Origin: an uncultured Methanosarcinales archaeon
GTDB taxonomy: Archaea > Nanobdellota > Nanobdellia > Woesearchaeales > GW2011-AR9
Length of the DNA: 64,000 bases
Direction: 5' to 3'
Assembly: GCA_964344285.1 (NCBI GenBank)
Contig: CAYFMM010000004.1
Span: 109,526 to 173,525 of the forward strand
The translations under genes and the position numbers were made by a program. This document shows, in pieces, positions 54,477 through 64,000 of this stretch. The notes beneath the pieces were generated by a model. The model was given only the letters and a program-made list of their open reading frames with translations, was not told where the DNA came from and made no database searches. Numbering within the stretch: position 1 is the first letter of the stretch; each line of letters opens with the position of its first letter.

Positions 54477-57005
54477 TCACTTATTAATCCCGATCTTTAC
54501 CTTCAATTTCTCACTTTCCAATTCACTCTTACCAGAAAACACAACTTCATTTGTGTTCAACACGGCTTGTAAATCTCCAACAGCTTCCTTTAACTCGTTC
54601 TCTTTTCCTTCAACTATAACTTGCCTTAGTTCTTCTTTTAACGACCATTGCTGTGCAGACTTATATCTTCGAACCGTATTAATCACATCAACAACTAAGT
54701 CTCCAGTTTTTTCTGTATTCTCATTAACTAGTCTGCTTTCAACTTCAGGCCAAGCACTAATATGGATGCTCTTTTGACCTTTTGCAAAATAAATTTGGAA
54801 TATCTCTTCAGTAATATACGGCATAAATGGAGCAAATAGCTTTAACAGCACATCTAATGTATAAGACAATGCAACCTGTGCACTCCTTTTACTAGCAGCC
54901 CCTCTTTTATCAGGATTGTATAATCTGTCTTTTACAATTTCTAAATATTGGTCACAAAACACTTGCCAGAAAAATTTCTCAACTTCTGCTTTAGCTTTTG
55001 AATATTCATACTTCTCAAAACTCGCACTACATACTTCAACTAATTTTTGCAACCTGCTCAATAGCCATTGATCCATAACTTCAATAACATCTTTTTTACT
55101 ATCTCCACTTGCAAACTCATAATCTCCTAAATGCATTAGACTAAACTTAGATGCATTCCATAACTTATTGACTAACTTTTGACCTGTAACTAAATCTTTC
55201 TCTTGAAAGGGTAAATCACTCCCTAACTTAGAACTTGCAGACCAAAAGCGAAGTGCATCTGCACTATACTTTTCAATCATTACTTGCGGAGCAATCACAT
55301 TGCCTTTAGACTTAGACATTTTCTTTCCTCTTGGATCAAGTGCCCAACCAGAAATTGTCACATCTTTCCAAGGATTTACTCCATATAACAACCTTGTTTT
55401 AGCCAGTGTATAAAATAACCAGAAATTAATAATGTCGTGTGCTTGTGGGCGCAGACTCATTGGAAATAACTTTTTTCTAACTTTCTCGTCCTTAACCAAT
55501 TCTGTAGATAATAAAGGAGTACTTCCAGATGTAAACCATGTATCAAAAACATCTTTTTCCCCAATTAATTCAATCTCTTTTGCAACACTTTTAGGACGAT
55601 CTTTTGTTGGATCAATTGGCAACTCATCAACCTCTGCAAAATACGCTTTTCCTTGCTTGTCATACCACACAGGAATTGGAATTCCATAATGTCTTTGCCG
55701 TGAAAATCCCCAATCCCAGTTTAGGCCATTAATCCAATTGTCTAATCGCTCTTTCATAAACTCAGGGTGCCACTTCAATTCTTTTGCAGCCTGTAAAAAT
55801 TCCCCCTTTTTATCCATGTATGTAACATACCATTGACTTGAAATAATAAACTCAACTTCAACGCCTGAACGCTCACCAACCTTAACGGTATTTTCAATAT
55901 TTTCTTTTCGAACTAAATCTTTACTTTCCTCAAGTGCAACAATAATCTCTTTACGAGCTTCTGCTGCCAATTTTCCTTCATACTCTTGTGCCTTTGAGTT
56001 CATTTTCCCATCAGCTTCAATAATCTCAATAGGATCAATCTTATGTCTTTGAGCCCATTCCACATCCTCAACTCCTCCATAAGTACAATAATATACGATT
56101 CCAGTTCCAAAATCAGCTTTAACTAATTCATCATGGCTAATTTCTACCTCATTTCCAGACATTGCAATTTTAGCTTTTTTCCCAATCAAGTCCTTGCCTT
56201 TTAATTCTGCAACAACCTTATACTCAGAAAATTTCTCTTTATGTGTTGCTTTTCCAGTAATCCAATACTCTTTATCTTTTACAACCTCTAACTTAACATA
56301 CTCTCCATTTTCCTCGACACTCATTCCTACACATGCAAATAACATTTCAGGTCTTGTAGTGGCATAAATCATATACGCACTATCTCCAAAATTAGAATCT
56401 AACAACTTTGCTTTTACATAACTAAGAACTGTCTTTTGCTTTTTATCTTCAAGCTCTGCTTGTGCAATTGCAGTTTGAAATTGTCGGTCCCACATCACAG
56501 GTCCTCTCCTTCGCTCAACAAGTCCTTTTTTTGCAAGTTCTAAAAATGTTCTTTGAGATATCTTTCGTGAATGGTCATCAATCGTAGAATACGCAAGTGA
56601 AAAATCACAACTCATTCCAATTTGCTTCCAATCTGCAATAAACGTTTTGCGCTCCTCTTCTAAAAACTCAAGACAAATTCTAATTGCCTCGTCCCGTGGA
56701 ATCTTTCGCAAATTAACACCTTTGCTCTTCTGTACTAATTTCTCTGTTGCAAGCCCATTGTCATCAGTACCAAATGGATAAAATACACTAAACCCTTTCA
56801 TCCTCTTGTAACGCGCAATAAAATCTTGTTGTGAATATGACAACGCATGCCCTAAGTGCATTTTTCCTGAAACTGTAGGCGGTGGAGTATCGATGGAAAA
56901 AACCTCTTTGTTAGAATCTACAAACTTATATGTACTTTGATCTTCCCAGTATTTTTGCCATTTACTCTCAACTTCTTGTGCGTTGTATTTATTTGCTAAT
57001 TCCAT
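54477..57005 (-). CDS. valS: Valyl-tRNA synthetase (archaeal type)
   Basis: IDTPPPTVSGKMHLGH, GTDDNGL, WDWGFSRQR, RPQAHDII..W, KMSKS. Confidence 0.97.
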   Translation of the reverse strand: MELANKYNAQEVESKWQKYWEDQSTYKFVDSNKEVFSIDTPPPTVSGKMHLGHALSYSQQDFIARYKRMKGFSVFYPFGTDDNGLATEKLVQKSKGVNLRKIPRDEAIRICLEFLEEERKTFIADWKQIGMSCDFSLAYSTIDDHSRKISQRTFLELAKKGLVERRRGPVMWDRQFQTAIAQAELEDKKQKTVLSYVKAKLLDSNFGDSAYMIYATTRPEMLFACVGMSVEENGEYVKLEVVKDKEYWITGKATHKEKFSEYKVVAELKGKDLIGKKAKIAMSGNEVEISHDELVKADFGTGIVYYCTYGGVEDVEWAQRHKIDPIEIIEADGKMNSKAQEYEGKLAAEARKEIIVALEESKDLVRKENIENTVKVGERSGVEVEFIISSQWYVTYMDKKGEFLQAAKELKWHPEFMKERLDNWINGLNWDWGFSRQRHYGIPIPVWYDKQGKAYFAEVDELPIDPTKDRPKSVAKEIELIGEKDVFDTWFTSGSTPLLSTELVKDEKVRKKLFPMSLRPQAHDIINFWLFYTLAKTRLLYGVNPWKDVTISGWALDPRGKKMSKSKGNVIAPQVMIEKYSADALRFWSASSKLGSDLPFQEKDLVTGQKLVNKLWNASKFSLMHLGDYEFASGDSKKDVIEVMDQWLLSRLQKLVEVCSASFEKYEYSKAKAEVEKFFWQVFCDQYLEIVKDRLYNPDKRGAASKRSAQVALSYTLDVLLKLFAPFMPYITEEIFQIYFAKGQKSIHISAWPEVESRLVNENTEKTGDLVVDVINTVRRYKSAQQWSLKEELRQVIVEGKENELKEAVGDLQAVLNTNEVVFSGKSELESEKLKVKIGINK

Positions 57006-57097
57006 TACTCTTAAGTGGAGTAGCTAGTTCTTTAAAAATGTAATTGCTCTTGAGCTTTAGAAATAGTTTTAAACGATTGCATTTTACTAAATATAGT

Positions 57098-57760
57098 ATG
57101 GGGGATCTTAAAAATTTAGGTAACATAAAAACAGCTAAAAGAAGTAAAGTTGATCAAGAACTTTATGAGTTTATGGTGCTTAGGGAATTAGCAGAATTAG
57201 CTAAAAAGGTGGCAGAAAAAGTAACTGAATTATATCCTCTAGATGATTTTGAACCTCTCAAAATTAAAGAGATCTTGAGCTCTGCTCAAAGTTTGCATAC
57301 TCAGCTAAGTTATCTTCTTACCTTCTTAAAAAAGAAAAATCGAGAACTATATCAAGCATTAGCAAAAACAACTGCACTTGAGCAATGGAAAGCAAAACAT
57401 AATCCTAATTTAAATGAAAATTTAGCTTTAGTTCACAAATATAATGCAAAACTAAAGCAAATTCTTCTTCAAGAAGATTCTTTAGGGGAAAAATTAACAA
57501 CACTAGGACAAGATCTCAAGAGGGTCTTATTAGGAATTCAATCGGTTATTGAAGGAGGAGATTCTTCCTTAGTCCAAGTTAATCTCGAAAAGTTGTTGGA
57601 AGATTGCATCTATTTGAGTGGAGAACTAGAGCTACTTACCTCTGACTTTAACTTGGAACATGAAATAACTCAGGATTTAGAGAAGACTTATCCCAAATTT
57701 ACTTTCTTTAGTGACAGAATTAAAGGTTTTCTAAAGAAACTTGAAAAAAAAAAGAAATAG
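57098..57760 (+). CDS. Hypothetical helical protein
   Basis: Leu/Glu/Lys-rich ORF. Confidence 0.5.
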   Translation: MGDLKNLGNIKTAKRSKVDQELYEFMVLRELAELAKKVAEKVTELYPLDDFEPLKIKEILSSAQSLHTQLSYLLTFLKKKNRELYQALAKTTALEQWKAKHNPNLNENLALVHKYNAKLKQILLQEDSLGEKLTTLGQDLKRVLLGIQSVIEGGDSSLVQVNLEKLLEDCIYLSGELELLTSDFNLEHEITQDLEKTYPKFTFFSDRIKGFLKKLEKKKK

Positions 57761-57811
57761 GGTTTTTATTAACCCACAAACATATAAATACTAAATTCTT
57801 CCTCCAATCAA

Positions 57812-58798
57812 ATGGCGTGGCTCAATTACGCAATTATTGTTGTACTCTTACTTTTTTCAGGCTTATTTTCAGGTCTTACTCTAGGACTCATGGGCCTTGA
57901 TGTCTTTCAGCTCAAAAGAAAAGCACGGCTTGGAAGTAGGAGTGCTCAAAAGATCTATCCTCTTAGAAAAAAAGGAAACCAGCTTCTAACAACTCTTTTA
58001 GTTGGAAATGTCCTTGTAAATTCAATTCTTGCCATCTTCTTAGGCTCAATTACATTTGGGGTCTTGGCAGGAATTCTCTCTACAGGTTTAATTGTAATCT
58101 TTGGTGAGATTATTCCTCAAGCAGCCTTTTCAAGACACGCTCTTCGCTATGGTGCAAAATTGACTTGGTTGGTTCGCATGTTCTATGTCGTTCTTTACCC
58201 AATCTCAAAACCTATTGCCATGCTACTTGATTTCTTTTTAGGGGGTGAGCTTCCAACAACTTACTCTAAAGGAGAACTTAATCTCATCTTACAAGAGCAA
58301 AAAGAATCTAAAAAATCAGAACTCTCAAATCATGATGTAGAAATATTGCAACGCGGCCTAGTCTTTGCAGACAGAAAAGTAAAAGACGTTATGACTCCTT
58401 TACAAAACACATACCATCTCTTTGTAAATGATGTTCTTGACAGAACCAAGCTAGCTGACATTCATAAACAAGGGCACTCTAGAATTCCTGTCTTCGGATT
58501 AGACAAGAAAAAAGTAATTGGCCTACTTTACACTAAAGACTTACTCACCATTAATCCTTCACAACGAATCTTAGTCAAGCAAGTAATGCGTAAGACTGTG
58601 CACTCCATTAGGGATTCAGACACTTTAGAAAAAGTTCTCAAGCATTTCAAACAACGAAAACTACACCTTTTTATTGTTTTAAACCATAAAAAACAAGTCT
58701 CTGGAATCGTCACTTTAGAAGATGTCCTTGAAGAGATTGTAGGCGAGATCATGGACGAGTATGACTTAGTTATGGATATGCGTAATATGAAAAAATAA
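57812..58798 (+). CDS. CNNM/CorB-family protein (DUF21 plus CBS pair)
   Basis: SGLFSGLTLGL, LLVGNVLVN, FGEIIPQ, HSRIPV, GIVTLEDVLEEIVGEI. Confidence 0.93.
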   Translation: MAWLNYAIIVVLLLFSGLFSGLTLGLMGLDVFQLKRKARLGSRSAQKIYPLRKKGNQLLTTLLVGNVLVNSILAIFLGSITFGVLAGILSTGLIVIFGEIIPQAAFSRHALRYGAKLTWLVRMFYVVLYPISKPIAMLLDFFLGGELPTTYSKGELNLILQEQKESKKSELSNHDVEILQRGLVFADRKVKDVMTPLQNTYHLFVNDVLDRTKLADIHKQGHSRIPVFGLDKKKVIGLLYTKDLLTINPSQRILVKQVMRKTVHSIRDSDTLEKVLKHFKQRKLHLFIVLNHKKQVSGIVTLEDVLEEIVGEIMDEYDLVMDMRNMKK

Positions 58799-58864
58799 TA
58801 ATCAACTCTAACCTTGCTTTTCCATTACAATCTTTCTTATAAATTAGAATTCTCTTACAAAGCT

Positions 58865-59068
58865 ATGATTCAATACTACCGAAAAAAACTCTTTGCACTT
58901 CTTATCATCTTACTCTTTACGTTCTCACTTCTCTTTTTAGTAACTATTCTCAACCCCAATTTCAACTTCATTGAATTTGGCCTACCTTCCTACATTGAAA
59001 ATTATACTATTGCTTTTTTCTCTTTTATCGCAATCTTATTTGTACTGTATGAAATGAAAAGGTTGTAA
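58865..59068 (+). CDS. Small two-TM membrane protein
   Basis: Two hydrophobic helices. Confidence 0.5.
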   Translation: MIQYYRKKLFALLIILLFTFSLLFLVTILNPNFNFIEFGLPSYIENYTIAFFSFIAILFVLYEMKRL

Positions 59069-59191
59069 AGTATATATTTGGTATAGGCGTCTAACTTATA
59101 TACTATTGGTTTTAATTTTTCTATTGAAAACAAATGACTATTTTACAAAACATTTTTAAAAAAATACGCATTATTACGTTAAAGTTCGTAG

Positions 59192-59413
59192 GTGTTCGAA
59201 TTGGTAACTAAAGATGATTTGTTTATTACAAAACATGCATTTGATAAAATGATTATTGAAGGCATTTCAGTAGAACAAATTTGTCAAGCTTTAGAAAAAG
59301 GGTCTCGTTTTACTCAAACTGAAGGTTACTTAAGTATTTACACCTATTTTTCCGTAGCTTGGAAAAAATTCAAAAATAAATACAAAATAAAAACTGTATT
59401 CCTCAACAAATAA
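59192..59413 (+). CDS. DUF4258-like protein (putative toxin)
   Basis: ITKHAFDKM..ISVEQI..IKTVF. Confidence 0.7.
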   Translation: MFELVTKDDLFITKHAFDKMIIEGISVEQICQALEKGSRFTQTEGYLSIYTYFSVAWKKFKNKYKIKTVFLNK

Positions 59414-59414
59414 A

Positions 59415-59750
59415 ATGGAAGCCTGCCCTGAGTGTGAAACCGGAAAACTACAAAAAAAGAAAACAGATTATATCCTTTTAGGTCAAAATCTGGGCTCTTT
59501 TGATGCTTTAATCTGCAGTAAGTGTGATGAAAAGATTTTTACTGGCGAAGCATTAACCCTTATTGAAAAAAAAGCAAAGCAAAAAGGTCTTTGGGGTCTT
59601 TCAGCAAGGACAAAAATTGGAACTTCTGGTAATGCATTAGATGTCAAATTACCTAAAGCAATTGTTGACTTTTTAAAGCTAAAAAAAGGTCAAGAAGTAT
59701 TAATAGAACCAATCAATGAAAAGGAATTCCGCGTTGATATTGTGGGTTAA
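59415..59750 (+). CDS. YgiT/MqsA-type zinc finger plus AbrB domain (putative antitoxin)
   Basis: CPECETG..CSKCDE, then KIGTSGNALDVKLPKAI. Confidence 0.8.
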   Translation: MEACPECETGKLQKKKTDYILLGQNLGSFDALICSKCDEKIFTGEALTLIEKKAKQKGLWGLSARTKIGTSGNALDVKLPKAIVDFLKLKKGQEVLIEPINEKEFRVDIVG

Positions 59751-59799
59751 CCTCCTTACCACCACAAACCTTTAATACTTCCAATCTTCAAAAAATTCT

Positions 59800-60996
59800 A
59801 TGTCATTATTCACTCTAAAATACGCTCCTCAAAATGAACAAGAAGTCTTTGGGCAGCAAAAAGCAGTACAAGAACTAAAACAATACGTTACAACCTACAA
59901 ACAACAAAAACAAAAAGCAGCTCTATTAGTGGGTCCGATTGGTGTTGGAAAAACAGCATCAGTTTATGCACTAGCAAAACAGCTTAATTATGACATTCTA
60001 GAGATTAACTCCTCAGACCTTCGAAACGCTGATTCAATCTCAACATTTCTTGGCTCAGCTCTTGGACAACAATCACTTTTTTTCAAACCAAAAATAATTC
60101 TAGTTGATGAAGTTGATAACATCTCTGGGGTAAAAGACCGTGGCTGCATTCCTGCTCTTATCAAAGCAATAGATAAATCTGCCTTTCCAGTAATTCTTAC
60201 TGCAAACGATATTGAAGACTCAAAATTCAAAGCAATCAAAAAAGCAACAAAACAAATTGCATATCATAAATTAGACCACAGGACTATTGCAAATCTCCTT
60301 CAAACAATTTGTACAAAAGAACAAATCAAAGTCGAAGAAAAAGCGCTAAACTCTCTTGCAAGGCAGGCCGACGGAGATGCAAGAGCAGCTCTTCTTGACT
60401 TGCACATCTGCGCTGCAAAAAAGAAATTAGAATACTCTGATGTAATCTCTTTATCAGATAGAAAAAGAACAGAATCCATTAAAAACGCACTTATGCTTAT
60501 TTTCAAATCTTCTTCTGTACAAAATGCTCTTCCTGCCTTAGATGACGTTGATGTTGACTTAGATCACATCATCTTTTGGATCGATAATAACTTACCAAAA
60601 GAATATACTGCTCCAAAAGCCTTAGCCAAAGCTTACGAACACTTAGCACGAGCAGACGTCTTTCGCGGCAGAGTTAAAAGAAGACAACATTGGCGTTTTT
60701 TAGTATACATTAACAATCTACTAACAGCTGGAATTTCCTCTGCAAAAAAAGAGCGCAACCCTGCATTTGTAAACTACATGCCAACAATGCGCCTACTTCG
60801 AATTTGGCAATCAAATATCAAAAATGCTAAGAAAAAAGAAATTGCAAAAAAATTAGCTATTCACCTGCACACTTCATCCAAAACAGCAATGAGACATATC
60901 CCCTATCTACAATCAATCATCAAACATGGCAATACACAACAAATTGCACACGATTTAGATCTAACTGATGACGAAGTAGATTGGCTAATGAAGTGA
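59800..60996 (+). CDS. rfcL: Replication factor C large subunit
   Basis: KYAP, GPIGVGKT, LEINSSD.R, LVDEVD, DGDARAA, WIDNN, LARADVF..W. Confidence 0.93.
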   Translation: MSLFTLKYAPQNEQEVFGQQKAVQELKQYVTTYKQQKQKAALLVGPIGVGKTASVYALAKQLNYDILEINSSDLRNADSISTFLGSALGQQSLFFKPKIILVDEVDNISGVKDRGCIPALIKAIDKSAFPVILTANDIEDSKFKAIKKATKQIAYHKLDHRTIANLLQTICTKEQIKVEEKALNSLARQADGDARAALLDLHICAAKKKLEYSDVISLSDRKRTESIKNALMLIFKSSSVQNALPALDDVDVDLDHIIFWIDNNLPKEYTAPKALAKAYEHLARADVFRGRVKRRQHWRFLVYINNLLTAGISSAKKERNPAFVNYMPTMRLLRIWQSNIKNAKKKEIAKKLAIHLHTSSKTAMRHIPYLQSIIKHGNTQQIAHDLDLTDDEVDWLMK

Positions 60997-61698
60997 TCTA
61001 CTTTTGAATGCTTCAACTTTCCTAGTTAAAAGTTCAACTGATTCGGGTATATGGATCTTCCTGCCATGCATGTAACTTCTCTCTTTAATTGTCCTTTGAT
61101 CTCCTCTCAAGACTTGTTCTGGAAAGACTTTTTTCATAACTCTTTTTTCTTCTTCACTCATGGTGTCTGGCATATTAGCCCCATACTTTATTATCTGTTG
61201 TAGCCAACATACACTAAGCAATATTTTCCATTCCACTTCTTGTTTTCTTCCAGCAAACATAAATGCGGTATCTGTTGTAGCACTAAATTTCGGGTTGTAT
61301 TCTTGCAATGCTTTCTCAATATTTTTAACAATCCATTTCTTGTATCCTTGGATGTCTCCTCTAACTTTAACTTCGTGTAGTGAGGTGCTTTTCATATCAG
61401 CAACACAAAGAACGCTTGCAATGAATCTCTCATTATCTAATGGTCGAATTTCATATCCTTCTTTGCCAAATCTTGGCTTGCCTTTTCCATTGAGCACATA
61501 TTTTTGAGCTAATGTAGCTCCCTGGACTACATATCCTAAGACCACATTTTCTTCCAAATTACCATAGCTTTTAGGCCCATTAAATTCTCCTTGTTTATTT
61601 CTAAAACATTCAGTGAGGTCAGTTGGCCTTGCATCTATTACTAAGCCTCTATATCTTTCTTTAAATGATTCTAATTCTACTTCTAACCTATTCGTCAT
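60985..61698 (-). CDS. Hypothetical protein
   Basis: Open frame with no recognised motif. Confidence 0.5.
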   Translation of the reverse strand: MTNRLEVELESFKERYRGLVIDARPTDLTECFRNKQGEFNGPKSYGNLEENVVLGYVVQGATLAQKYVLNGKGKPRFGKEGYEIRPLDNERFIASVLCVADMKSTSLHEVKVRGDIQGYKKWIVKNIEKALQEYNPKFSATTDTAFMFAGRKQEVEWKILLSVCWLQQIIKYGANMPDTMSEEEKRVMKKVFPEQVLRGDQRTIKERSYMHGRKIHIPESVELLTRKVEAFKSRSLH

Positions 61699-61796
61699 AA
61701 CTAAATAGTAGCAAGACAACTTATTATAAAATTCACTCTCGATATTTCCTTAAAAAACAAAAATATTATATAAAATAATTAAAATAATAGTAAAAC

Positions 61797-62774
61797 ATGC
61801 TTAAATTAGACAAAAAAGATGCAAAAATTCTCTTCGAATTAGATAAAAATTCACGTCAATCAATCAATCAAATTGCGAAAAAAACAAAACTTAGTCGTGA
61901 TGTAGTCAACTATAGAATTAAGCAACTAGAACAAAAGCAAATTATCAAAAATTATGTTACAATCGTAGACTTTACTAAATTTGGCTTTCAAATAATTCGC
62001 TTGTACTTAAAACTTCAAAACACTACTCCCGAAATTGAAACAAAAATAATTCATTATTTAACAAAACAACAAAATACATTTACAGTCTATAAAATTGACG
62101 GAAGATACGACATTGCAGTTGGGTATTTAGCAAAAGACGTTATTACATACCAAACTTTCTACGCATCATTTCTCAAAAAATTCCGTCGCTATATTGCTGA
62201 AAAAAACTTTTCAATATTTCAAGACTATGTTCATTATACTAGAAATTACCTAACGCAAAAAAAGAAATACGACTCGACAACAATCTCAACTGGCAGCCAT
62301 AAAACGTACAACTATGATACAAAAGACGTACAACTTCTCAACCTCATTAAAGAAGATGCAAGAATCTCTCTTTTAGAACTTGCAAAAAAACTTAAGATGA
62401 CAGCAACTGGTGTAAAATATAAATTAAAAAACCTTGAACAAAAGAAAGTAATTGTTGCCTACAAACTTCTTTTAGACACACAAAAACTAGGAAACCAATA
62501 TTTCAAAGTTGATTTAGAGCTTGAAGATATCTCCATTCTTCCTGCACTACAACAATTCATATTACAACATCCCAATGTGATTTATAGAAACATTACTATT
62601 GGAGGCTCAGACTTTGAATTTGACTGTGAGCTGCCCTCTCAACAAGATTTTTATGTTCTCATTAACCAACTCAAAACATTATTTGCCGAAAAAATCCGTC
62701 ACTATTTCTACTACAAAGCCTTACAAATCTACAAATACTCCTACTTTCCAGAACATTTCCCACAAAAACCTTAA
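61797..62774 (+). CDS. Tandem (double) Lrp/AsnC regulator
   Basis: Two HTH-RAM units: LDKKDAKIL..NSRQS..IAK and YDTKDVQLL..DARIS..LAK. Confidence 0.9.
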   Translation: MLKLDKKDAKILFELDKNSRQSINQIAKKTKLSRDVVNYRIKQLEQKQIIKNYVTIVDFTKFGFQIIRLYLKLQNTTPEIETKIIHYLTKQQNTFTVYKIDGRYDIAVGYLAKDVITYQTFYASFLKKFRRYIAEKNFSIFQDYVHYTRNYLTQKKKYDSTTISTGSHKTYNYDTKDVQLLNLIKEDARISLLELAKKLKMTATGVKYKLKNLEQKKVIVAYKLLLDTQKLGNQYFKVDLELEDISILPALQQFILQHPNVIYRNITIGGSDFEFDCELPSQQDFYVLINQLKTLFAEKIRHYFYYKALQIYKYSYFPEHFPQKP

Positions 62775-62800
62775 TAAACCCATTCTAATCTTACCTCCTT

Positions 62801-64000
62801 ATGTCACATACAGCACAAGAATTAGCATCCTTTTTGAAAAAGAAAGGTTTTATTTATCCTTCCAGCGAAATTTATGGTGGTCTCTCAGGGTTTTATGATT
62901 ACGGGCACTTAGGGACAAAATTAAAACACAATTTTGAGAACGCATGGAGATCTTACTTCTTAGCTTTACATAGAAATTTTCATGAGATTGAAACTGCAAA
63001 TATTATGCACAATAATGTTTTCAAAGCTTCAGGGCACCTAGACAATTTCATGGATCCAATTGCAAAATGTAGTAAATGTGATCACAGCGAAAGAGCAGAC
63101 CATCTTGTTGAGGCTGCTGTTGGTAAACGTGTTGAAGAATTATCTAACGAAGAACTAACACAACTTATTCAAGAAAATAATCTCACTTGTCCTACTTGTA
63201 AATCACCTTATAATCCTGTAAGTACAGTAAATATGATGTTTCCTGTTGACACAGGCGTAGGAAAAGTACAACGTGCATATCTTCGTCCAGAAACAGCACA
63301 ATCTCCCTATGTGAATTTCAAATTACAATACGAACTCCTCAGAAAAAAATTACCGTTAGGTCTAGCACTTATCGGAAGAGCATACAGAAACGAAATTTCC
63401 CCTCGGAACTTAACCTTACGACAACGTGAGTTTACGCAAGCAGAATTACAAATATTCTTTAACCCTGCAACAATTAACAAACATCCTCACTTTGATACAA
63501 TTAAAGACTACGCACTTAGAACACTGCTTGTTGAAAATAGAGACGAAAATAGCGTTGTCGAAAAAACTGCACAACAACTAGTTGACAGTGGTCTTCCAGA
63601 ATTTTATGTCTATCATCTAGCAATAATTCAAAAATTCTATTTAGATATCCTAAAACTTCCTAAAGAAAAATTCAGACTCTATCAATTAAATGATAAAGAA
63701 AAAGCGTTTTACAATAAATACCATTTTGATCTTGAAGTAGACGTACATGATCACGGCTACATTGAAGTGGGTGGACTACATTACAGAACTGATCATGACT
63801 TAAAAGGTCATCAAGAAGTATCTAAAGAAAAAATGGAGATTTTTGATGAACCAAGTGGCACAAAGTTCATCCCTCACGTACTTGAGCTAAGCTTTGGTGT
63901 TGACAGAAATGTATATGCTTTACTTGATTTAAATTATAACGAGGATAAAGAGCGAGGTAATGTTGTACTACATCTTGCAAACAAACTTACTCCTTTTTTC
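62801..64000 (+). CDS. glyS: Glycyl-tRNA synthetase (alpha2, archaeal/eukaryote type), 3'-truncated by the window edge (not in ORF track)
   Basis: Translated by hand: SEIYGGLSGFYDYG, ASGHLDNFMDP, YLRPETAQ, GRAYRNEISPR, REFTQAELQ, ELSFGVDR. Confidence 0.96.
   Translation, partial: MSHTAQELASFLKKKGFIYPSSEIYGGLSGFYDYGHLGTKLKHNFENAWRSYFLALHRNFHEIETANIMHNNVFKASGHLDNFMDPIAKCSKCDHSERADHLVEAAVGKRVEELSNEELTQLIQENNLTCPTCKSPYNPVSTVNMMFPVDTGVGKVQRAYLRPETAQSPYVNFKLQYELLRKKLPLGLALIGRAYRNEISPRNLTLRQREFTQAELQIFFNPATINKHPHFDTIKDYALRTLLVENRDENSVVEKTAQQLVDSGLPEFYVYHLAIIQKFYLDILKLPKEKFRLYQLNDKEKAFYNKYHFDLEVDVHDHGYIEVGGLHYRTDHDLKGHQEVSKEKMEIFDEPSGTKFIPHVLELSFGVDRNVYALLDLNYNEDKERGNVVLHLANKLTPFF

Noticed and set aside
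59069-59104. AGTATATA/TATATACT inverted repeat upstream of the TA pair
   Set aside because: Low-complexity AT sequence with a 20-nt spacer, expected by chance.
1-64000. Provirus, intact IS, tRNA, rRNA or CRISPR-Cas locus
   Set aside because: No integrase, transposase, capsid or cas genes, no regular repeat-spacer array and no cloverleaf were recognised by eye; tRNAscan and Infernal were not run.

Overview
AT-rich archaeal chromosomal segment, most likely a DPANN archaeon (Woesearchaeota-like; inference). Archaeal informational genes (endA, fen, pan, rfcL, trm5-like, archaeal-type valS and glyS) sit beside bacterial-type genes (GAD-less aspS, class II fba, rpiB, rpe, split transketolase, cold-shock protein). 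About 70 CDSs, three toxin-antitoxin pairs, and no tRNA, rRNA, CRISPR array or transposase were found. Top observation: cysS is broken just after its YTCGP motif by a 29-nt insert carrying an in-frame stop. The insert folds as a 9-bp GNRA-capped hairpin inside a bulge-helix-bulge (BHB). Cutting at the canonical BHB positions restores [15 protein letters not shown], so this is a candidate mRNA intron for the EndA encoded in the same window. Other highlights: a two-copy structured intergenic element with covarying ends (one copy has a 101-nt nested insert); hairpin-linked, synonymously diverged copies of the 3' end of a DUF3179 gene; a thiol-redox gene cluster including a glutaredoxin fused to a histone-H1-like tail; and two unannotated Cys-motif microproteins. 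All calls come from reading the sequence by eye; no searches or folding programs were run.
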